A stretch of 64,000 nt of DNA. Origin: an uncultured Acidobacteriota bacterium. Its GTDB lineage: Bacteria > Acidobacteriota > Blastocatellia > RBC074. The stretch spans positions 2,720,001 through 2,784,000 of the forward strand of contig CAWCKY010000006.1 of NCBI GenBank assembly GCA_963796275.1, given 5' to 3'. Positions 58,123 to 64,000 of this stretch are shown piece by piece. Position numbers and translations under genes: made by a program. Numbering within the stretch: position 1 is the first letter of the stretch; each line of letters begins with the position of its first letter. Below the pieces are notes generated by a model. It did not search any database. It saw nothing but the letters and a program-made list of their open reading frames with translations, and was not told the DNA's origin.

Positions 58123-58584
58123 AAAACCTATAGGAAGATTGTCAAAAGCGTTGTCAAATTGCGGGCAACAATAGAGTGTCAGCTTGTGAGATATAGTGTT
58201 TTTCGATACTTCTATTGTTTTACTGTGTGTGTTTGTTTGTAATTGCAGAACTACACTACACATGCTGTTATTTAAGGTTAATTGCTTGAGTCACTTTTAC
58301 CCTTAGTATTCCTTCCACCACAGTGATAGACGTAGAGCGCAACAAGAACATTGCGCGGAATGAAAACGAAATCTCCTTCCTGTATATAAGGTGATTAATT
58401 AATTGACAATCTTTCAGAATTAATTTTTCTAGGAGCTTCGCCAGAGAGAAATTTAGCTTGGTAGACATGATACTCAGTTGCGCGATGCAGGGCGGCTTTG
58501 TTAAACCCCGGCCAGTGTAAACTCGGATGGGCATGTTCTGCGGTTTGGGTCGGACCCGAAGGAAGAGGCCTGATCCAAATTGCT

Positions 58585-59454
58585 TTAACCGACAATCATC
58601 AACGCGCCGTTCTCTAGCGACTCTGAGAGTATCTCCTGAGCCCGTCGGGCGCTGGCACTTACAGTTCCCAGCCTCGACAGCAAACTTTTGATCTCGACCG
58701 CTCGCTTTGTCTCATAGAGGACGAGGTAGGAAGGCTTATCGAGGTTGGAGATCGAAATCCCCGTCGCCCCTGGGCCGAATAGCAGGTAGACCTTCTTCTG
58801 TTGATCGATCTCTGGCAGCCCCGTCAGCTTCGGCGCGTCATCGCAGAGCGCCATCGCTGGCATCAGGCTCATCTCGAAGAGATACCGTTCGACGTGTTGG
58901 ATGGTCTCGATGATATTCGCCTGAAAACTGCCCACGTCATATCCGGGGGCGAGTTTCACGCGCGCCCTGTCGCTGATCGTCGCCGGCAGTTCGCTGGCCG
59001 CATAGCTGCCCTCACGCGCAAGCGTTCTTCGGCAGCCGGCGATGGCAGCCTCTAGCCGGACCATGTCCGGAATATGCGGGGCCCTCCACGCTCCGTTCCG
59101 GCAACCATCGAGAAGAAATTCCGAGAAGGCCAGCCCGAGAGACCCGCGGTCGTGCACGGCGCGATGGAAGAATTGGCTTGAGAAGAATCGCTCCAGGGAT
59201 GCGAGCGACCGCGTCTCGGCCAGGATGATGGTGGTCGATACCTTGAACTCCTCAACCAGCGTCCTGAGCGTCCTTCTCTTTCTGAGGGGATCGTGACGCC
59301 AGGCCCTGCGGTCGATGGCTAGCAACTGCCTGCGCTCGGCCTCTGTCAGTTCGAGCCCGGCGAGCGCTTTGTCGGAATCGGTGTAGACTGCCGAGACGAA
59401 GCCATCATCGAAGAGCATCCGCACCAGCAGCTTCTGTAGGGTGTGGTGGCTCAT
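58585..59454 (-). CDS. Putative MNIO partner protein
   Basis: TGATG coupling to DUF692 gene; AFSEFL and DMVRLEAA resemble DUF2063-type partners. Confidence 0.65.
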   Translation of the reverse strand: MSHHTLQKLLVRMLFDDGFVSAVYTDSDKALAGLELTEAERRQLLAIDRRAWRHDPLRKRRTLRTLVEEFKVSTTIILAETRSLASLERFFSSQFFHRAVHDRGSLGLAFSEFLLDGCRNGAWRAPHIPDMVRLEAAIAGCRRTLAREGSYAASELPATISDRARVKLAPGYDVGSFQANIIETIQHVERYLFEMSLMPAMALCDDAPKLTGLPEIDQQKKVYLLFGPGATGISISNLDKPSYLVLYETKRAVEIKSLLSRLGTVSASARRAQEILSESLENGALMIVG

Positions 59455-60338
59455 CAGGCCGTCTCTTCCTTCAGTTCAGTCTCGGCGGGGAAGAGCGAAT
59501 TGAGCCGTTCGAAGACGTCGAGGCATTCCTCCGGCGCGTTGTGCTCGCACTCGAAAACGATGGCCTTCAGGTTTTTCGCCCTGGGGATTACATATTCGAG
59601 AATCTCCCAAGTCGCAGGGAGGGGGACTGGTGAGTGGCTGTCATCGATATAAGGATAGCCATCAATCTCGGCGTAAGTCCCACCTGCAACGTGCATCTCG
59701 ACGACGCGTTCGAGGGGATAGTTGTCAAGCGCTGTGAGCGGAGGAAGGTTGCGAGTTTGTTGGAAGATCGCGAGGTGTGCGCAGTCGAGCAGCAGGCCGC
59801 AGTCAGCCCGATCGGCGACCTGGGCAAAGTAGTCGAGGATATGCATGTCACCCAGATAGATGATCGCGGGCGGATTCTCGGGGAGGCATGTCATCCCGGT
59901 CTCGGCCTCGATCTGAACGATGCTCTCCGCCGTTTCGAGCGCCGACTCCCGGCAAAGGATCGGGGGCATGAGCATCCCGTGCCCGCGCTCGCGCATCCCG
60001 AAATGCCAACGGCCCGCGTCGCCGCAGAGCCACGCGGCCTTGATCTCTGACGCCAGCTCTTTGGTTTGTGTCAGCCAGTAACGGTCCAGGTCGATCTGTT
60101 CCTCGAGGTTGATGTCCAGGAAGTGATACGTCACCGGCAAGCCCGCCGCCGCCCACCGGCGGACGCCCTCATCCAGGCCGCGTTCCAGGTCGGAGCCGTA
60201 CTCGTAGAAATGTATGAGTTCAGGATAGTGCTCCTTCATCCAGTAAGCGTCGATGCCCTGGGCGGCTACATTGAACTCGCCAGATAGTCCGACACCAAGT
60301 CTCGGCAGGCGCGCTGCTCTTTGTGTAAACTTGATCAT
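59454..60338 (-). CDS. DUF692 multinuclear non-heme iron-dependent oxidase (MNIO), divergent
   Basis: LGVGL, TYH, PENP, LLLDCAH, EMHVAGG, IDDSH, TWEIL, VFE. Confidence 0.85.
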   Translation of the reverse strand: MIKFTQRAARLPRLGVGLSGEFNVAAQGIDAYWMKEHYPELIHFYEYGSDLERGLDEGVRRWAAAGLPVTYHFLDINLEEQIDLDRYWLTQTKELASEIKAAWLCGDAGRWHFGMRERGHGMLMPPILCRESALETAESIVQIEAETGMTCLPENPPAIIYLGDMHILDYFAQVADRADCGLLLDCAHLAIFQQTRNLPPLTALDNYPLERVVEMHVAGGTYAEIDGYPYIDDSHSPVPLPATWEILEYVIPRAKNLKAIVFECEHNAPEECLDVFERLNSLFPAETELKEETA

Positions 60339-60345
60339 GATGAGG

Positions 60346-60375
60346 ATTGTATCGGACGCCAAAAAAGACTTTCAA
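60346..60375 (-). promoter_or_regulatory. Putative leaderless sigma70 promoter of MNIO operon
   Basis: TTGAAA-N18-TACAAT-N7-ATG with no SD. Confidence 0.55.
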
Positions 60376-61631
60376 GCGATCGTACAACCGCGCAGAATCA
60401 ATTCCTCGATGGCCTCGTCTTCATAACCCAGCGAGCGCAATATCTCGCGTGAGTGCTCGCCAACCCCGGGCGCCATTTGCGGCTTCTCTTTCGGTGCTCC
60501 CTCGATGTTGAGCGGATTGTTGACGGTCGGGATGCTGCCGAGTTGAGGGTGTTCCAGCTCGCTGAAGACGCCGTTGGCTTTCATCTGCGGGTCGGTCGCC
60601 ACGCGATCGACTGTCGGAATCGGCCCCCAGATGACACCCTGTTCCCGGAACAGGACTTCCCACTCGTCCAAATCTTTGCTGCCGATCGCCTCATCGAGCA
60701 GGGCGACCACTTCTTCTGTGTGTTGCGAACGGGCTTCCGCGGTGGCGTACCGGGAGTCATTGATCAGTTCCGTGCGGCCGATGGCGCGGCAAACCCGTCC
60801 CCAGTCGTTGGCAGTGTCGAGGCAGCAGAACATGAACCGCTGTCCGTCGCGCGCCTGGTACTGATTGACCAGCGGATTGAGGGCGGCGAAGCGGGGTCGC
60901 CGGATGGGAATGGTCGCGCCGACCATGGCGGCTTGAATCTGGCAACTGTTACTCCAAGCGCCGGTAGCCATCAGCGATGTCGTGACCTTCGCGCCCCGCC
61001 CGGTCAGCTGGCGCTGATAGAGCGCCAGCATAATCGAGCCGAAGAGTGCGAGCGAAACCGGATGATCGCCCGACCCGCTCGGCGTTGCTCCCGTCTGCAC
61101 CGTCAGATCATAGATGATGCTCGTCAATCCCGACCTGGCCCAATATGCCGTCGTGTCGTAGCCAGGCTTGTTAATGTCTTCGCCCTCTTCGCCATAGCCG
61201 GTGACGTGGGCGAAGATCAGGCGAGGATTGATCTTCGCGAAGTCTTCGTAATTGACCCGAAGCTTCTCTGCGAGCTCCGGCGGGTAATTGGTGATGAAGA
61301 CGTCGGACGTGGCGACCAGCCTTCGCAAAACTTCACGCCCGGCTTCGTCCTGCAGGTTGAGCGCGAGGCTCTTCTTGTTGCGCGCATCCAGCATCCAGCA
61401 ATAGTTGTGCTCCGAGTCGGGCATCCCCGGAAGAAAGGAGAGATAGCGGTAGGGGTCGCCGTGGGGCGGGCGTTCGATCTTGATCACTTCGGCGCCGAAG
61501 TCGGACATGATGGTTGCGGCTGCCGGCGCGGCGATGTAGGTGCCGCAGTCAATCACGCGCAGGCCGGAAAGAATGTTTGGTTGTTGATTCATTTTATCTG
61601 TGGGATTCACTCTCTGAGGGCTTGGATTCAA
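60372..61631 (-). CDS. CaiB/BaiF family III CoA-transferase
   Basis: IAAP..DFGAEVIKIE, RNKKS, DVFITNY, PGYD, GEHS. Confidence 0.92.
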   Translation of the reverse strand: MNPSPQRVNPTDKMNQQPNILSGLRVIDCGTYIAAPAAATIMSDFGAEVIKIERPPHGDPYRYLSFLPGMPDSEHNYCWMLDARNKKSLALNLQDEAGREVLRRLVATSDVFITNYPPELAEKLRVNYEDFAKINPRLIFAHVTGYGEEGEDINKPGYDTTAYWARSGLTSIIYDLTVQTGATPSGSGDHPVSLALFGSIMLALYQRQLTGRGAKVTTSLMATGAWSNSCQIQAAMVGATIPIRRPRFAALNPLVNQYQARDGQRFMFCCLDTANDWGRVCRAIGRTELINDSRYATAEARSQHTEEVVALLDEAIGSKDLDEWEVLFREQGVIWGPIPTVDRVATDPQMKANGVFSELEHPQLGSIPTVNNPLNIEGAPKEKPQMAPGVGEHSREILRSLGYEDEAIEELILRGCTIA

Positions 61632-61706
61632 GCTCCGAATAGGCCTGAAGCTTTCAGAGGCGTTTTTGCCGTCGTTTGAGCCGTGACTTTTTCTGGGGCG
61701 ACTAAT

Positions 61707-61848
61707 GCTACTGTGTCACAAAATTCTCGAATTTCCTTGGAAATTCGCATATGGGATCTGTTTAACGCCATCCTCTTGATATCAGTATAATATCAATGGT
61801 GCTTGTCTCGATTTCCTAAGAAATCGAGGAGTTTTGTGACACAGTAGC
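61707..61848. mobile_element. MITE-like element
   Basis: Perfect 17-bp inverted repeat GCTACTGTGTCACAAAA at both ends, subterminal palindromes, non-coding. Confidence 0.75.
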
Positions 61849-61899
61849 TGGATAGCTTGCGCTACGCCTACCAATTACTTCGTTTTAGATCGAGACCCT

Positions 61900-63303
61900 T
61901 CAAGCCAAAGGCATCGGCCTCGTCGTGGCCTTCTCTCTCTTAGCGTCGAAATACATCGTCTGTCCCGAACGGTAGGCGTCAACGCCCAATCGAATCGCGA
62001 CCATCGCTTTGTACCCGAGCTCCGCATCGAAATGGACTTTCTCAGTCCCGCGGATCGCGTTGATGAAGTTGGCCATGTGGTGGGTTGTGAATTGTACGGT
62101 TGGGCGTTCGGCTTCGTCACCGCCGAGCGTGTTCCCGGAAACGTCAATCACCAATTCATTGCCGCCCGTCTTCTTGTTGAATTCTTCACGGAAGGGGCGT
62201 TCGGGAACGACGCGGATGGCGCGGTTGTTCTGGAACTCTCTCGTCTTCAGGTAAATCGAGCCCTTTGTGCCGCGGATCATTTCCGGGATACCGGTGGCGT
62301 TGAGCATTGACGATCCGAGCATCACGGCGTATTTCCCGGGAAACTCAATCGTCGTGAAGTAGGTGTCGGGCACTTCGCGGATGTCCCCTTCGACCGGGGC
62401 GAATATCCCGCCCTGCGCGGTCACACGAGTTGGGAATTCGGGCGAGCCTATCGAGAACATGAGCGGCGACAGGCGATGATAGAAGAGGTCTGTGGCGATT
62501 CCGCCCGAATAGTCCCAGTATTTGCGCCAGCGGAAGAAGCGGTCTTTGTCGAAGGGACGCTTCTTCGCATAACCGAGAAAGGCCTTCCAATCAATCGTCT
62601 TCTCGTTCGCTTCTTCGGCGGGGTCGATCTTGTAGTTCCACTCTCCGCTCGGCGCGTTGCGCGAGTAGCTCGTGCTGGCCCAGAGGACCTTGCCAATCAA
62701 GCCGCATTGAATCACTTCGCGCGCTTTCCAGTGCTGAATGTCGGACAGGTGCTGGCTGCCGACCTGAAGCTGCAAGCCCGTCGCTTTAACTTTGCGGGCG
62801 AGGTTGCGAGCCTCATCGATGGTATAGGTCATCGGCTTTTCCAAGTAGACGTGTTTGCCGCTGGTCAAGGCCTCCATCGCCTGCCGCGTGTGCCAATGAT
62901 CGGGCGTGGCGATGACCACAGCATCAACATCCTTGCGCGCGCACAGCTCGCGATAATCATGGTGGATGTCTTTGTCTGATACTTTCGTCTGCGCCTGGCC
63001 GCGCCGCTTGTTTTTCTCGTAGATGTCGCAGATGGCGACAGCCTGAACATCGCCTTGATTTTGGTTGCGAGTTGCGACGTATCCTGTGTGTGCGCCCATT
63101 CGACCGCCCATTCCGATGAAGCCGAAATTGACGCGGTCATTCGCGCCCAAGACGCGTCCTGTGGCGGGAGCCTGGCGCGCGTTGATCATTTCTTCAAGCC
63201 GCTCTTCGGTTTTGGCCGAAATCAATGAACCGCCGGCCGACAACGCTGCTGCGCCGGCAGTCGCTCGAGCGATGAATTCGCGGCGAGTGGATTTCTTCGC
63301 CAT
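61900..63303 (-). CDS. Tat-signal Gfo/Idh/MocA oxidoreductase
   Basis: STRREFI, GFIGMGG, TPDHWH, YLEKP, DLFYH. Confidence 0.92.
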   Translation of the reverse strand: MAKKSTRREFIARATAGAAALSAGGSLISAKTEERLEEMINARQAPATGRVLGANDRVNFGFIGMGGRMGAHTGYVATRNQNQGDVQAVAICDIYEKNKRRGQAQTKVSDKDIHHDYRELCARKDVDAVVIATPDHWHTRQAMEALTSGKHVYLEKPMTYTIDEARNLARKVKATGLQLQVGSQHLSDIQHWKAREVIQCGLIGKVLWASTSYSRNAPSGEWNYKIDPAEEANEKTIDWKAFLGYAKKRPFDKDRFFRWRKYWDYSGGIATDLFYHRLSPLMFSIGSPEFPTRVTAQGGIFAPVEGDIREVPDTYFTTIEFPGKYAVMLGSSMLNATGIPEMIRGTKGSIYLKTREFQNNRAIRVVPERPFREEFNKKTGGNELVIDVSGNTLGGDEAERPTVQFTTHHMANFINAIRGTEKVHFDAELGYKAMVAIRLGVDAYRSGQTMYFDAKREKATTRPMPLA

Positions 63304-63483
63304 GCGGATTGTCCTCCCTATTGTTTATTTACGTCGTTCGATCGGAGCGCAAGAAAAATTCGCGCAAAAAGTGAAAGAGTGTCCAATGACCAGGACGATT
63401 GATTTGATCAGGGGGTTACCTTTTTTTCCATCTGATGGAGCCGCGCGGCTCCGTGATAGGCTGCGACCTGCTGTAGCATCTAC

Positions 63484-63959
63484 CTATTCCCAGTCCTTCT
63501 TTAGCAGCAATTCTTCAATCCTGTAGGCATGAAACATCTCGTGCGTTCAGCAGATGCCGGAACATGATCCATACCGAATAATGACTGAATGCCTCATGCT
63601 CTGCCGTTCGCTGCCAGTCCTCCACCGATAGTTCCTTCAGCCTCTTGACCAGACCGGCTCGCTCTCTCACATACCGGTCGAGTGCTTCGTCTAAATCAAC
63701 GCTAAGTAGCGCTCCCGCTTCCTCCTCTGGAGAATTAAGGATGGACCTTATAAAAGGCGTTGGAGCAGATAACATCAAGTCGAGGCGTGCGAGGAATGGC
63801 TCCATCACCGGTGGAGAGATGACAAGCGTGTTCATGAGCGGACCATTTCGTCGGGCTGGGCCGACGCTTCAGGTACTGGGGCGGCACCTCACGAATAAGG
63901 CTAATAATAATATCAGGAGCGCTCTCTAAAGTAGCTATCAACGTTTGCGTATTATTCAT
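63484..63959 (-). CDS. DinB-family protein split by two single-base insertions
   Basis: KWSAHEHACHL ... HEMFHAYRIEE*; shifts near 63798 and 63545; GGAGG SD. Confidence 0.75.
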
Positions 63960-63992
63960 AATCTCCTCCGTGTTTCGTGATGCCGTTAAGCC

Positions 63993-63999
63993 GCCTAAC
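63993..63999 (-). mobile_element. Possible attC core site GTTAGGC at window edge
   Basis: GTTRRRY 33 nt upstream of the DinB start; the rest lies outside the window. Confidence 0.35.
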
Positions 64000-64000
64000 G

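Noticed and set aside
57964-58263. Cys-containing 99-aa ORF as MNIO precursor
   Set aside because: No SD, AT-rich non-coding composition, overlaps the structured leader
58395-58595. His-containing 66-aa ORF as MNIO precursor
   Set aside because: TTG start without SD, no Cys, crosses a hairpin and runs into AT-rich sequence; not excluded but unsupported

Overview
About 64 kb of GC-rich bacterial DNA. Three Oar-like TonB-dependent receptors, a TPR-CRTAC1/ASPIC protein and a PQQ-type propeller suggest Acidobacteriota (inference). It is an accessory-gene mosaic with no rRNA, tRNA or CRISPR array. It encodes a short KdpD/KdpE pair, secreted hydrolases (alpha/beta hydrolase, S8 protease, tannase, GH31, sialidase-like, GH18 chitinase), a double hybrid histidine kinase, and many remnants (hsdM, TBDR tail, DUF1254/DUF1214 tandem, tnpB 3' end). 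Most notable: (1) a divergent DUF692/MNIO enzyme coupled to a partner gene, with an apparent leaderless promoter and no visible precursor peptide, upstream of a multicopper oxidase-SCO-beta-propeller cluster whose long leader has three CTCTTC-capped hairpins; (2) integron attC sites with no integrase in the window; (3) a 142-bp MITE-like element; (4) a tnpB remnant keeping its right end. Most frameshifts I could resolve are single-base insertions and may be sequencing errors. All family calls come from motif recognition by eye; no searches were run.
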